From the IMG/VR virus record IMGVR_UViG_3300044681_000098, positions 1 through 64,000 of that record: DNA of 64,000 nt; one strand, given 5' to 3'. A model generated the notes under the pieces. The model was not told the origin of the DNA and searched no databases. It worked only from the letters and a program-made list of their open reading frames with translations. Origin of the DNA: a virus. The stretch's first letter is position 1; the number at the start of each line of letters is the position of its first letter. The translations under genes were made by a program, and so were the position numbers. Below are positions 7,649 through 16,393 of this stretch, piece by piece.

Positions 7649-7942
7649 ATGACATACCGTACTAAGACATGCCCACAGTGTTATACTGAGCACAAGCAGC
7701 GTGGTCCATACTGCTCGAAGTCATGCAGCAATAAAGGTAGGACGATATCGAAGGCGACCATAGAGAAGCATCGTGAGAATACGACACGCATGATGAATAG
7801 TAATACTGATACAGCCGAGAAGATCAAGTGGGCGCTCAATGCTTCTAGGGATGAGGTGGAAGAGGGATTACCGATGCCGACTTTCGATGATCTTGGATAT
7901 GGGCAGTTTAGAGCCGATGGTGATCTTTGGGAGGAAAAATAA
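7649..7942 (+). CDS. Zinc-finger DNA-binding-like protein
   Basis: CPQC...CSKSCSN; SD AGGAG. Confidence 0.7.
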   Translation: MTYRTKTCPQCYTEHKQRGPYCSKSCSNKGRTISKATIEKHRENTTRMMNSNTDTAEKIKWALNASRDEVEEGLPMPTFDDLGYGQFRADGDLWEEK

Positions 7943-8070
7943 AGTTTGCAATCATTGACTTAGGGCTTGACTTCAGGCATAATTTACGGTGCTAGGGATG
8001 ATAATGATGCATAGTGTATGGATAGGTGTATAGGCTAATAACCCTACTAGGCTGAGGGGATTAGAGCACG

Positions 8071-8083
8071 TAAGTTGTTGATT
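8071..8083. promoter_or_regulatory. IHF consensus site
   Basis: TAAGTTGTTGATT matches YAANNNNTTGATW; part of a 22-bp repeat also at 26829-26850. Confidence 0.6.
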
Positions 8084-8123
8084 TTACAGGGAATTATTTC
8101 TGTGTATTTTATGCAGAAATATG

Positions 8124-8152
8124 TTGACTTTTATTGGTGGATATGCAATAAT
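8124..8152 (+). promoter_or_regulatory. Early sigma70-type promoter
   Basis: TTGACT, 17 bp spacer, AATAAT with extended -10 TG. Confidence 0.75.
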
Positions 8153-8176
8153 TATACCATTGATAAAGAGGAATGA

Positions 8177-9115
8177 ATGATGAATAACGTGAAGATGACC
8201 CTGAAGACCCTGCGTGGTGGTAAGACCGAGATCTCCCTTGGTGGTTCTAGCCTGACTACAGGTAAGACTGGTCGTGATCTGGAAAAAGCATGTGAGTTTC
8301 TGTACAAGAAGGTCACTGGTCAAAAAGCATCCTACAAGGACATTATGGGCGTTAACGTGGCAGCTGTGCCTGCAAAAGAAGACAAGTTTGGTATCAACAA
8401 GCGATTCGAGTTTGTTGAGAAACTGGTGACCATGGTTGCCTCTGGCGTCCAGCCATCGGCTATCGTCACTGGTGAAGGTGGCTTGGGTAAGACCTATACC
8501 GTGACCAAGACTCTTGAGTCTGCTGGTTACAAAGACATTTCTGATCTGGCTGACTTCCAAGTCGGTTCTGTGATTAACATGCGTAAGTGCTTCACTTTCG
8601 TTAAGGGTTATTCGACACCTAAGGGTTTGTATCGTACCCTGTTCGAGAACAACAAGTCGATCATCGTGTTCGATGACTGTGACTCGGTTCTGAAGGATCC
8701 AGTTGCTCTGAACATTCTGAAGTCGGCTCTGGACAGCTACGGCAAGCGCATCATCAGCTGGAATGCCGATATGCGTGACGATGATCTGCCACGTAGTTTC
8801 AACTTCGAAGGTCGAGTGATTTTCATCTCTAACCTTGACGAAGGTAAGATCGATCAGGCGATTCGTTCACGTAGCATGATGATCGACCTGAGCATGACCA
8901 CTGACCAGAAGATTGAGCGTATGGAGACCATCGCCCAGTCAGCCGAGTTTCTGCCTGAGTACGACAAGAGCATCATCGCTGACGCCATTGCCCTGATCCG
9001 TGAGATCAAGAATGATGTCAAAGAGATTAGCCTTCGTACTCTGATCTCGGTTTCCAAGGTTCGTGCTTCTAACGACGACTGGAAAGATCTGGCTACCTAC
9101 ATGTTGACTGCTTAA
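8177..9115 (+). CDS. AAA+ family ATPase
   Basis: Walker A GEGGLGKT, Walker B IIVFDDCD, FISN sensor, AIRSRS arginine finger. Confidence 0.88.
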   Translation: MMNNVKMTLKTLRGGKTEISLGGSSLTTGKTGRDLEKACEFLYKKVTGQKASYKDIMGVNVAAVPAKEDKFGINKRFEFVEKLVTMVASGVQPSAIVTGEGGLGKTYTVTKTLESAGYKDISDLADFQVGSVINMRKCFTFVKGYSTPKGLYRTLFENNKSIIVFDDCDSVLKDPVALNILKSALDSYGKRIISWNADMRDDDLPRSFNFEGRVIFISNLDEGKIDQAIRSRSMMIDLSMTTDQKIERMETIAQSAEFLPEYDKSIIADAIALIREIKNDVKEISLRTLISVSKVRASNDDWKDLATYMLTA

Positions 9116-9131
9116 TTAGGGGGTGTTTACT

Positions 9132-9401
9132 ATGAGTAGAATGTCTGACCTGCATATTGACGTAATTGATGCGATTGAATCAATGAGTGTGCCTTGTACC
9201 ATGGCTGAGTTGGATCAGATTGCAATTACCTACAATTTGCCCATCACCACTGTGATCGAACTCCATGACGAACTGTTCGCCTCTATGGAGAACGAACAAT
9301 ACCGTGATGATATGGATGGCGACAATGCTTCAGCACTAGCATCAGCTGGCTACGGTACGGATGAAGACTATGGTTACTACGGTGATAACGACTACTATTA
9401 A
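9132..9401 (+). CDS. Hypothetical acidic protein
   Basis: MSRMSDLHID...MDGDNASALASAGYGTDEDYG motif. Confidence 0.7.
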   Translation: MSRMSDLHIDVIDAIESMSVPCTMAELDQIAITYNLPITTVIELHDELFASMENEQYRDDMDGDNASALASAGYGTDEDYGYYGDNDYY

Positions 9402-9591
9402 GATAATGAAGTGGCTATGGACACAGTGGGTTAAGCTGGTTCTAATAGTAGTAGCATTTAGTATGCTAGGTTGCACCACCATTAGAACCAATGTCCATAT
9501 AGAGAAGTGTATTGGCTGCGGTATAGATACAGGGAGTAAACACGAAAGATTAGTAAGAGATCCGCATAATCCCTACAGGCATAGCCGTTAG
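9361..9591 (+). CDS. Putative small lipoprotein (true start probably MKWLW)
   Basis: Hydrophobic stretch followed by LGC lipobox. Confidence 0.5.
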   Translation: MKTMVTTVITTTIKIMKWLWTQWVKLVLIVVAFSMLGCTTIRTNVHIEKCIGCGIDTGSKHERLVRDPHNPYRHSR

Positions 9592-9696
9592 GGGTCGGCG
9601 TTATTAGTGTGATTGGTATAGGGGGTCATTAACAGTGAATAGGGACTCCTAGCGTTTTTATTAAACGGCGAAGCCACACTGAGACTCTCGTTTTTG

Positions 9697-9740
9697 GAAT
9701 CTACACGATTCTCACGAATCTCCACTAATCTCAACTAACC
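9697..9740. repeat. Degenerate ~10-bp tandem repeats (iteron-like)
   Basis: GAATCTACAC GATTCTCAC GAATCTCCAC TAATCTCAAC TAACC. Confidence 0.55.
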
Positions 9741-9756
9741 AAGAGGGGTATCCACT

Positions 9757-9912
9757 ATGAGTGCACTGCAAATCTTTATGGGAATAGTAATAGGATTCCT
9801 TGTCGTAAATTTAATGGCTACACTATTTCTTAAATGGTGGAACTTTGACTATGATGTATTGGATTCTCTAAGGGACTCCTTATACAAAGTATATTACAGG
9901 GATAGACAATAA
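9757..9912 (+). CDS. Small membrane protein (51 aa, not in track)
   Basis: SD AGAGGGG; MSALQIFMGIVIGFLVVNLMATLFLKWW... Confidence 0.6.
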   Translation: MSALQIFMGIVIGFLVVNLMATLFLKWWNFDYDVLDSLRDSLYKVYYRDRQ

Positions 9913-9925
9913 AGGAAGGGAACGT

Positions 9926-10270
9926 ATGGTTGCAAAGAATGATATCACTGGAGACTCTATTCAGACTAAGGGTGTTTCGAATACCTACCGTGATAACTAT
10001 GATTTAATTTTTGGAAAGAAGGGTAATATGAAGACGAATAATGGGGGTATTACTTCCACGGATAACCGTAGTGGTATGACGATTGATTGGGATGTTGCAG
10101 ATGGTATTACCAAGGCTAATCTTCTTGATCATTTTCATTATCTCACGAAAGAGGTAAATGACCACGAGAAAGATGGTTCTTGGATGCATCCTGAGGATTA
10201 CCAAAACAGTAAGGTAAACCTGCTGCCAGCCTTTAGAGTGATTCTGAAGTATTATGGGGAGGATGTATGA
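9926..10270 (+). CDS. Hypothetical protein
   Basis: N-term AKNDITGDSIQTK...YRDNYDLIFGKK motif. Confidence 0.7.
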   Translation: MVAKNDITGDSIQTKGVSNTYRDNYDLIFGKKGNMKTNNGGITSTDNRSGMTIDWDVADGITKANLLDHFHYLTKEVNDHEKDGSWMHPEDYQNSKVNLLPAFRVILKYYGEDV

Positions 10271-10315
10271 AGTTATTAAGATTCTTTTTGGCTGAGATTT
10301 ATAGGGGGTATAAGT

Positions 10316-10603
10316 ATGTGGAGAAAGAGAGAGATTATGAAGGTCGAGAAAAAATCCAGCGAAAGTAAAAACAGCGTTGAACTACTGGAATTGGTAGTAG
10401 ATCTAGCGATGGAAGCGGATAAGTCAGATCCTATTGACTGGGGTATGTTAGCTATTGATGAGGAAAATGCCTATCGGCTAATTGCTAGTCGGATTATTGA
10501 AGATCTGAAGGGTGAGTCCGTTGTTGCCATGTCTGTAATTACTCACCTAATCGTCGAGAACATGGTTCTCAATCTGAAACTTAATGGAATGAAAAATGCT
10601 TGA
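10316..10603 (+). CDS. Hypothetical protein
   Basis: DPIDWGML conserved-looking motif. Confidence 0.7.
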   Translation: MWRKREIMKVEKKSSESKNSVELLELVVDLAMEADKSDPIDWGMLAIDEENAYRLIASRIIEDLKGESVVAMSVITHLIVENMVLNLKLNGMKNA

Positions 10604-10892
10604 CCATGACTTACTACGACCTACCTTTCAATGGATAAAAGATGATTACACTTCTAATCGCTATCGTTTTATTGTGGAACTGTTGGCTTGGTTTGTTAGT
10701 ATTGGATGTTCGATTACAATGGCTTTCACAGTACCCAACCCTCCGCTACTTGTACTATACCCTATTTGGATCAGTGGTTGTGCTATGTATGCTTGGGCTG
10801 CTTATACTAGGAAATCATTTGGCATGCTTGCTAATTACATCCTGCTAACTGCTATTGATACACTGGGATTGTTTAGAATGCTATGGTTCTAA
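10596..10892 (+). CDS. Membrane protein, ~3 TM
   Basis: Three hydrophobic segments. Confidence 0.7.
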   Translation: MLDHDLLRPTFQWIKDDYTSNRYRFIVELLAWFVSIGCSITMAFTVPNPPLLVLYPIWISGCAMYAWAAYTRKSFGMLANYILLTAIDTLGLFRMLWF

Positions 10893-11014
10893 TACTACTG
10901 GAAATACTTGGATACTGGATTGCTATGGCAGGGTTCATGGCAATGCTTATGATATCGGCTCTCGCCTTTGCCAAGGTGTGTGAACTGATATTGGACATCG
11001 TCCTAAATAAATAG
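10883..11014 (+). CDS. Small membrane peptide (43 aa)
   Basis: MVLILLEILGYWIAMAGFMAMLMISALAFAKVCELILDIVLNK*. Confidence 0.45.
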   Translation: MVLILLEILGYWIAMAGFMAMLMISALAFAKVCELILDIVLNK

Positions 11015-11045
11015 TATTTCCCCCTTTCTCACTTTGGAGTTAACA

Positions 11046-11273
11046 ATGCTAATTGCAAGAATTACAGAACACGGTAACCAAGAAATGCTTGGCGACTGGG
11101 TTCTATCAGACACAAAAGCTGCCGATGGGCAGCGCACTCTCGTTGTTGGAACACTTGATGGTGTTACAAAAACTTTCTGGACTAAGAACGAAACTCTTAT
11201 GACTGTTGCAGATCCTGAGCCAGTCGCCGAACCAGAGCCAGAACCAGAAGTTGTAAACGAAGAGACACCTTGA
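11046..11273 (+). CDS. Hypothetical protein with PE-rich tail
   Basis: SD GGAG before ATG 11046; TAAATA motif upstream. Confidence 0.6.
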   Translation: MLIARITEHGNQEMLGDWVLSDTKAADGQRTLVVGTLDGVTKTFWTKNETLMTVADPEPVAEPEPEPEVVNEETP

Positions 11274-11298
11274 CATTTAATGCTACCTAATGTATAAT
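11270..11298 (+). promoter_or_regulatory. Consensus sigma70 promoter
   Basis: TTGACA, 17 bp spacer, TATAAT just upstream of tRNA-Gly. Confidence 0.9.
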
Positions 11299-11307
11299 TA
11301 GGTATAT

Positions 11308-11383
11308 GCGGATGTAGCTCAGTTGGTAGAGCACCTGCCTTCCAAGCAGGATGTCGTGGGTTCGAGACCCATCGTCCGCTCCA
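11308..11383 (+). tRNA. tRNA-Gly(UCC)
   Basis: GCGGATG/CGTCCGC acceptor, U73, CCTGC-CTTCCAA-GCAGG anticodon arm, CCA. Confidence 0.96.
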
Positions 11384-11403
11384 TATCATAAGTTGGAGTT
11401 ATT

Positions 11404-12270
11404 ATGAAAGTTGCGATCACCAGCGATATCCATCTCGAATTCGGAGATTGGAATCCGTCAAACCCTGAGAACGCAGATGTTCTCATCCTTGGAGGCGACA
11501 TTCTAGTTGCATGCGAACTGGAACGTCTACAAGAAGATTCTTACGGTATCCTCGACCACTACAAAGGTGAGCGATACAGAGACTTCCTAATCAAATGTAA
11601 AGAAAACTATAAGCACGTGGTTTACATCATGGGTAACCATGAACATTACCATGGCGACTTTGCTGTCACGTCTAAGGTTCTTCGCAAAGAATGCGATGAT
11701 CATGGCGTTCACTTTCTTGACAATGATATGATCAAGATCGAAGATTACATCTTTATTGGTGGCACTCTTTGGACTGATATGAACAAGCGTGATCCTTTGA
11801 CTCTTTATCAGATTCGAAAGATGATGAACGACTTCCGCACAGTTAACAATAGTGATGAGGTTGTAAACTTCCGTGATACCGATGGTAAGTTTCATACTAG
11901 GGTTGCTAAATTCTCGCCTGAGAATGCAGTTGAGCAACACGAAAAGATGCTTGCCTATATCGACAATCTCGTTAAGGTAGAGCCAGAAGCTAAGTTTGTT
12001 GTCGTTGGACATCATGCGCCTAGTAAGAAATCTACCCATCCTCGTTATGCCAATGAGCAACTAATGAATGGTGGTTACTCGTCTGACCTAGATCAGTTTA
12101 TTATTGATCGCCCACAGATCAAATTGTGGACTCATGGTCATACTCATGAACTGTTTGACTACATGGTTGGTGAAACAAGAATTGTTTGCAACCCTCGTGG
12201 TTACGTAAACTATGAGAGGGGATCTGATGAAGCAGAACCATACCTTGCAAAAGTTATTGAACTACCTTAA
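11404..12270 (+). CDS. Calcineurin-like metallophosphoesterase
   Basis: SDIHLE, GGD, GNHE, GHH, HGHTH. Confidence 0.9.
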   Translation: MKVAITSDIHLEFGDWNPSNPENADVLILGGDILVACELERLQEDSYGILDHYKGERYRDFLIKCKENYKHVVYIMGNHEHYHGDFAVTSKVLRKECDDHGVHFLDNDMIKIEDYIFIGGTLWTDMNKRDPLTLYQIRKMMNDFRTVNNSDEVVNFRDTDGKFHTRVAKFSPENAVEQHEKMLAYIDNLVKVEPEAKFVVVGHHAPSKKSTHPRYANEQLMNGGYSSDLDQFIIDRPQIKLWTHGHTHELFDYMVGETRIVCNPRGYVNYERGSDEAEPYLAKVIELP

Positions 12271-12430
12271 ATACTCAGGAGTTTGGATTGGGTTTGTTCT
12301 CAATCCTTACCACTGGGAAGTTGATATGGATTTGGGTGGTCCAACGGATACGGATCCTTCAATGTATTTTATATACTTGACTTTTGGACCAGTTTGGTGT
12401 AGAATTGTTATAGATGACGGAAGATGGTAA
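12212..12430 (+). CDS. Hypothetical protein
   Basis: YLKYSG...NPYHW...IDDGRW. Confidence 0.6.
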   Translation: MRGDLMKQNHTLQKLLNYLKYSGVWIGFVLNPYHWEVDMDLGGPTDTDPSMYFIYLTFGPVWCRIVIDDGRW

Positions 12431-12624
12431 TGTCTAATTACAAACCTATTAAAACATTTGAGAATCAAAACAAGACTCGAGAAGCAATCGTAGTCTTAAT
12501 TGATGGTACGAAGTATGGTGTGAGCACCAAGAATGATTTTGGTGTTCACTTCTTTAGTCAGTTTGATGAGAACGCAGATGCAGCAATGCACTTTGCAGAA
12601 CAGTGGGTGAACAAATATGAGTAA
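12430..12624 (+). CDS. Hypothetical protein
   Basis: TAATG-coupled ORF. Confidence 0.6.
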   Translation: MSNYKPIKTFENQNKTREAIVVLIDGTKYGVSTKNDFGVHFFSQFDENADAAMHFAEQWVNKYE

Positions 12625-13054
12625 GTATACATTAGATGTTAAGTTTCGCGAAGACGGTGAGGCATACATTGAATTGCCTGATGAGATCATTAAAGAGACT
12701 GGCTGGAAAGTTGGTGACGATCTTGAGTGGCAGGACAATGGTGATGGTAGTTTCACTCTAACTCAATCTGATAAAGAATGGGTTCTTGTTGAATGTATTA
12801 GCACCTTCCGTGAGCGTTATATGGTGCAGGTTCCTAAAGGTAAAGCTGAGTGGGCACTTGACACTGTAGTATGTGAGGAAGCCAAAGAGTTTTCTCAGGA
12901 GCATTTAGGTGAGACTATTGTTTCTCATCGAGTTGTTAGTTATGAAGAGGCTCTCAGAATCTGTGATGTGGATAACGACTATACACGAAGCTGGTCTGAG
13001 GAACAAAAGGTAAGAGCATTCTTTACTAAAGAAGGAGAGAAACGTGACAACTAA
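12617..13054 (+). CDS. AbrB/MazE-like N-terminal domain protein
   Basis: DGEAYIELPDEIIKETGWKVGDDLEW swapped-hairpin pattern. Confidence 0.7.
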   Translation: MSKYTLDVKFREDGEAYIELPDEIIKETGWKVGDDLEWQDNGDGSFTLTQSDKEWVLVECISTFRERYMVQVPKGKAEWALDTVVCEEAKEFSQEHLGETIVSHRVVSYEEALRICDVDNDYTRSWSEEQKVRAFFTKEGEKRDN

Positions 13055-13406
13055 ATTCACATTCAAACAAGAGTATCCAGGGTTTTCTGGAATGAACTAT
13101 TCATCACCACCAGCTACAGTAAGTGTAGAAGTTAGTGGTGATTTATCGGTACAACAACTGCTAGAGAAGTTTGAGGACTTCTTGCGTGGTGCTGGTTATG
13201 TATTCAATGGGCATATAGTCATTGAGGAAGAAGAAGACACCCCTAGTGTTTCCTTTGGTGGTAGTATGGATGACAATGTTACATTCTTTACTGACGACAG
13301 TATCAACCTTACTGGTGCTGCTGCTGGTGAAACTTATGTGGTGACAGATTCTGAACATTCATCTTTCTATTACGATACGGAAAGAAACAAACCTGTAAAG
13401 GTATAA
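13044..13406 (+). CDS. Hypothetical protein
   Basis: LLEKFEDFLRGAGYVF motif. Confidence 0.7.
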   Translation: MTTKFTFKQEYPGFSGMNYSSPPATVSVEVSGDLSVQQLLEKFEDFLRGAGYVFNGHIVIEEEEDTPSVSFGGSMDDNVTFFTDDSINLTGAAAGETYVVTDSEHSSFYYDTERNKPVKV

Positions 13407-13408
13407 CC

Positions 13409-13783
13409 ATGACTAAAGTTTTCACAGACGTTAGTGTATTTTTAGCTGCAGTTGGGCAAGATGTTCCTTCTGCACCTCTGAAGACTGTTTCAGATCAAGC
13501 AGAACTTTATAAGAAACTTATCAAAGAGGAAGTTGAAGAGTTTTGGGAAGCTGAAGCAGCATCCGATGATGTTGAACAGATTGATGCTTGCTTTGACATG
13601 ATGTGGGTTATTGTTGGCTATATGAAGTCTCGTGGTTGGGATTGCGAAGCAATTTGGGATGAGGGTGCTAAGAGTAACTTATCAAAGATTGATCCAGTAA
13701 CATGCAAAGTCCGTAAGCGTGACGATGGTAAGATTCTAAAACCAGAGGGATGGAAGCCACCAGACTTTACGAGATTCGTATGA
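13409..13783 (+). CDS. MazG-like / PRA-PH NTP pyrophosphohydrolase
   Basis: LIKEEVEEF...DACFD...SNLSK...DGKILKPEGWKPP. Confidence 0.85.
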   Translation: MTKVFTDVSVFLAAVGQDVPSAPLKTVSDQAELYKKLIKEEVEEFWEAEAASDDVEQIDACFDMMWVIVGYMKSRGWDCEAIWDEGAKSNLSKIDPVTCKVRKRDDGKILKPEGWKPPDFTRFV

Positions 13784-13905
13784 TACTTGAAATTTTCTTT
13801 GCTGGTTTTATAACTGCTTTTGGTTGGTGGTCTGCAAACCATTATGTTATTGAACCTTACTTTCCACCAAAGATTGAACGTAAACAAGATGAGGACAAAC
13901 AATGA
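13780..13905 (+). CDS. Small membrane protein (41 aa)
   Basis: ATGA overlaps at both ends; MILEIFFAGFITAFGWWSANHYVIEPYFPP... Confidence 0.6.
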   Translation: MILEIFFAGFITAFGWWSANHYVIEPYFPPKIERKQDEDKQ

Positions 13906-14315
13906 TTGAGTGCCTAATCCTTGGCGATTCTATTGCCGTAGGTGTATCACAGATTAAAAAAGAATGCGTATCTTTTGTTAAGTCTGGCATCAACAGTAAA
14001 ACCTTCTATGAGAAGAACAAATCTCTTTTGGGGAAGCAGACTAATACTGGTATCACTATCATTAGCATTGGTCCAAATGATACCAAGTCTATTGACACGA
14101 TTAAGTATGCGAATCTAATTCGAGAAAACATTAAGGGTAGAGTCTTTTGGATCCTACCCTCTCAAACAAAGAAGCCAGATAAGTTTCAAATTATTAAAGA
14201 GGTAGCTGCTGTTTGGGGCGACACTGTTATTGAAAGACCAGCGGATAAAATTTCCCCTGATGGTGTTCACCCAACATACGCAGGATACAAACAAATCGCA
14301 GAGATGGTGAAATGA
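13902..14315 (+). CDS. SGNH/GDSL hydrolase
   Basis: LGDSIA, GPND, DGVHP. Confidence 0.82.
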   Translation: MIECLILGDSIAVGVSQIKKECVSFVKSGINSKTFYEKNKSLLGKQTNTGITIISIGPNDTKSIDTIKYANLIRENIKGRVFWILPSQTKKPDKFQIIKEVAAVWGDTVIERPADKISPDGVHPTYAGYKQIAEMVK

Positions 14316-14809
14316 TTAAATTATACTTAGATATGGATGGTGTGCTCTGCAACTTTGAAGAAAAGTTTGCACCACTTAAACCTGCAGGTAAGAAATACGA
14401 CAAAGAGATCTTTGCCAAGGCAGTAATGGAAGGCAAGATCTTCGAGACTCTTGACTGGATGCCAAACGGTAAACGACTAATTGATGTTGTGCGCATGTTG
14501 CCTGTTACAGTTGAGATTCTAACTTCTGTTGGAACACACAGACCATTGCAAGCTGCTGAAGCTGCACGTCAAAAACAAAAGTGGTTGCATCAGCACAACA
14601 TTCTTTACAAAGCAAACTTTGTGAATATGTTCTCAGAGAAAAAGAACTACGCACACAAGAATACAATCTTGATTGATGATCGTCCAGATTGCGCTTTGCC
14701 CTTTACTTCTGCTGGAGGACATGGTATACTATACTCTGACAGCAAGCATTCTGAAGCTGTTCAAGAGTTACAAAATCTAGTTCTTCAACTAAAGGCTATT
14801 CAAACTTGA
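14312..14809 (+). CDS. HAD 5'(3')-deoxyribonucleotidase-like
   Basis: YLDMDGVL, ILTS, LIDD. Confidence 0.85.
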   Translation: MIKLYLDMDGVLCNFEEKFAPLKPAGKKYDKEIFAKAVMEGKIFETLDWMPNGKRLIDVVRMLPVTVEILTSVGTHRPLQAAEAARQKQKWLHQHNILYKANFVNMFSEKKNYAHKNTILIDDRPDCALPFTSAGGHGILYSDSKHSEAVQELQNLVLQLKAIQT

Positions 14810-14964
14810 GACAATACTGGCGCATTTGGGCTAAGGCATTAGGTGAAAAGGCAGGTGCTACTAAACAGGAAGCTGATAAGGTAGCACTTGTCCGTACTGC
14901 TATTGTTCTTTGCTACATAATTACTAACATCTTTATTATTGCTGGCGTTATACATCATTGGTGA
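14806..14964 (+). CDS. Small membrane protein (52 aa, not in track)
   Basis: WRIWAKALGEKAG...EADKVALVRT...IAGVIHHW*; recurrent T4-like family. Confidence 0.7.
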   Translation: MRQYWRIWAKALGEKAGATKQEADKVALVRTAIVLCYIITNIFIIAGVIHHW

Positions 14965-14968
14965 AATC

Positions 14969-15511
14969 ATGAACATCTTCTATCTTGACAACAATCCTAA
15001 AACCTGCGCACAAATGCATGTCGATAAGCATTGCGTAAAAATGATTCTTGAATATGCCCAACTTCTCTCTACTGCTCACCGTGTTCTTGATGGTACTCCT
15101 TCTGTGGTTCTCAGTGACAAAGGACGACGCAAAACAGTTCATACTTTGCCTGATCATCGTAACGATCTACTGTATAGTGCTACTCACATCAATCATCCTT
15201 CTGCTATTTGGGTAAGACAGTCTGAGCAGAACTATATGTGGTTGTGCGAGTTGCTAGAAGAACTTTGTGTTGAGTATACCTATCGTTATGGTAAGGTTCA
15301 CAAGATCGAAGCCACTGGTTTGATGCAAACTCTAAAGAATAATTTCCCAACCAATATTCCTATTGGACCATTCACTGAGCCAACCCCAGCAATGCCTGAT
15401 GACTTCAAAGTTGCTGGTAACTCTATTCAATCTTATCACAACTACTACCTTGGTGCCAAGACTAGAATGTTTTCTTGGAAGAATCGAGAGACCCCATCAT
15501 GGATTCTTTAA
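14969..15511 (+). CDS. Pyrimidine-dimer DNA glycosylase (DenV-like)
   Basis: MNIFYLD, DKHCVKMILEYAQLLSTAH, THINHPSAIW, EYTYRYGKVH. Confidence 0.8.
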   Translation: MNIFYLDNNPKTCAQMHVDKHCVKMILEYAQLLSTAHRVLDGTPSVVLSDKGRRKTVHTLPDHRNDLLYSATHINHPSAIWVRQSEQNYMWLCELLEELCVEYTYRYGKVHKIEATGLMQTLKNNFPTNIPIGPFTEPTPAMPDDFKVAGNSIQSYHNYYLGAKTRMFSWKNRETPSWIL

Positions 15512-16080
15512 CTCTTTTTCCGACTAAGATAAGCATTTACTATAATGAGGCTCTAGCTAGAAAGATAGAACCACTCATTGACGAATACACCGCAAGAGGT
15601 GAAGCAATGATGGGTATCGATAATCACATCACTACCTATAACAATCCTGAAGAGGGTGCTAGGTTAAACACCGATGGTAGATTAGCGGAAGCATTCCAAT
15701 GGTGTATGTCTACTGCTTTGGATGATTTTCATAACAGAGGGTGGGATGTTAAGAATATAAAATTCCAACCCCACTTCTTTGCCAATGAGATAAGACATGG
15801 TGGGTTCTTCCATAGACATGCTCATCCAAACGCTACTATCTCTGGTTGCTTCTATGTCAATGTTCCTGATGGCGCATCTGATATTATCTTTCATGATCCT
15901 CGCCCATATAAACAATGTGTCATGTTACCCTGTAGAGAAGGGTTCTCAGATCTTCTGGCTGATGAATACCCAATGAAGGTTAAGACAGGAATGTTGTTAA
16001 TTTGGAGTTCATGGTTGGAGCATGAGGTGGTTCAAAACAAATCAAAGCTGCCAAGAAAAACTTTAGTGTTCAACATGTGA
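15499..16080 (+). CDS. 2OG-Fe(II) oxygenase (TIGR02466-like)
   Basis: HRHAHPNATISGCFYV, WSSWLEHEV, terminal R-x-x-x-x-FN. Confidence 0.82.
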   Translation: MDSLTLFPTKISIYYNEALARKIEPLIDEYTARGEAMMGIDNHITTYNNPEEGARLNTDGRLAEAFQWCMSTALDDFHNRGWDVKNIKFQPHFFANEIRHGGFFHRHAHPNATISGCFYVNVPDGASDIIFHDPRPYKQCVMLPCREGFSDLLADEYPMKVKTGMLLIWSSWLEHEVVQNKSKLPRKTLVFNM

Positions 16081-16123
16081 TGTCGCTAAATAGATTTATG
16101 TATTAAAGTGGAGTCAACAACTA

Positions 16124-16381
16124 ATGCCTACGTATAGAATGTTATGTAAGGATTGCGCTACGCAATTCGAAGTGTTCTGCAAGATCGCCGAAATGGACGA
16201 TCCACACAAATGCCCCCAATGCCAATCTACAAGCTGGACTAGGGAAATCACAGCACCAATGATCTGTGATCCTGTCAGAGTTGGTGCACGTAAAATGGAT
16301 ACTGGATTTAAGGAGGTACTGCAAAAGATACACGAAAAGACCCCAGGAAGCATTCTCAATAAACAATCTGGACAACTATAA
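16124..16381 (+). CDS. FmdB-family zinc ribbon protein
   Basis: MPTYRMLCKDC...CPQC. Confidence 0.85.
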   Translation: MPTYRMLCKDCATQFEVFCKIAEMDDPHKCPQCQSTSWTREITAPMICDPVRVGARKMDTGFKEVLQKIHEKTPGSILNKQSGQL

Positions 16382-16393
16382 CAAGGAGAGCGA

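Noticed and set aside
12617-13054. MazE-MazF toxin-antitoxin pair
   Set aside because: An AbrB-like domain is present, but no adjacent toxin-like gene was recognised.
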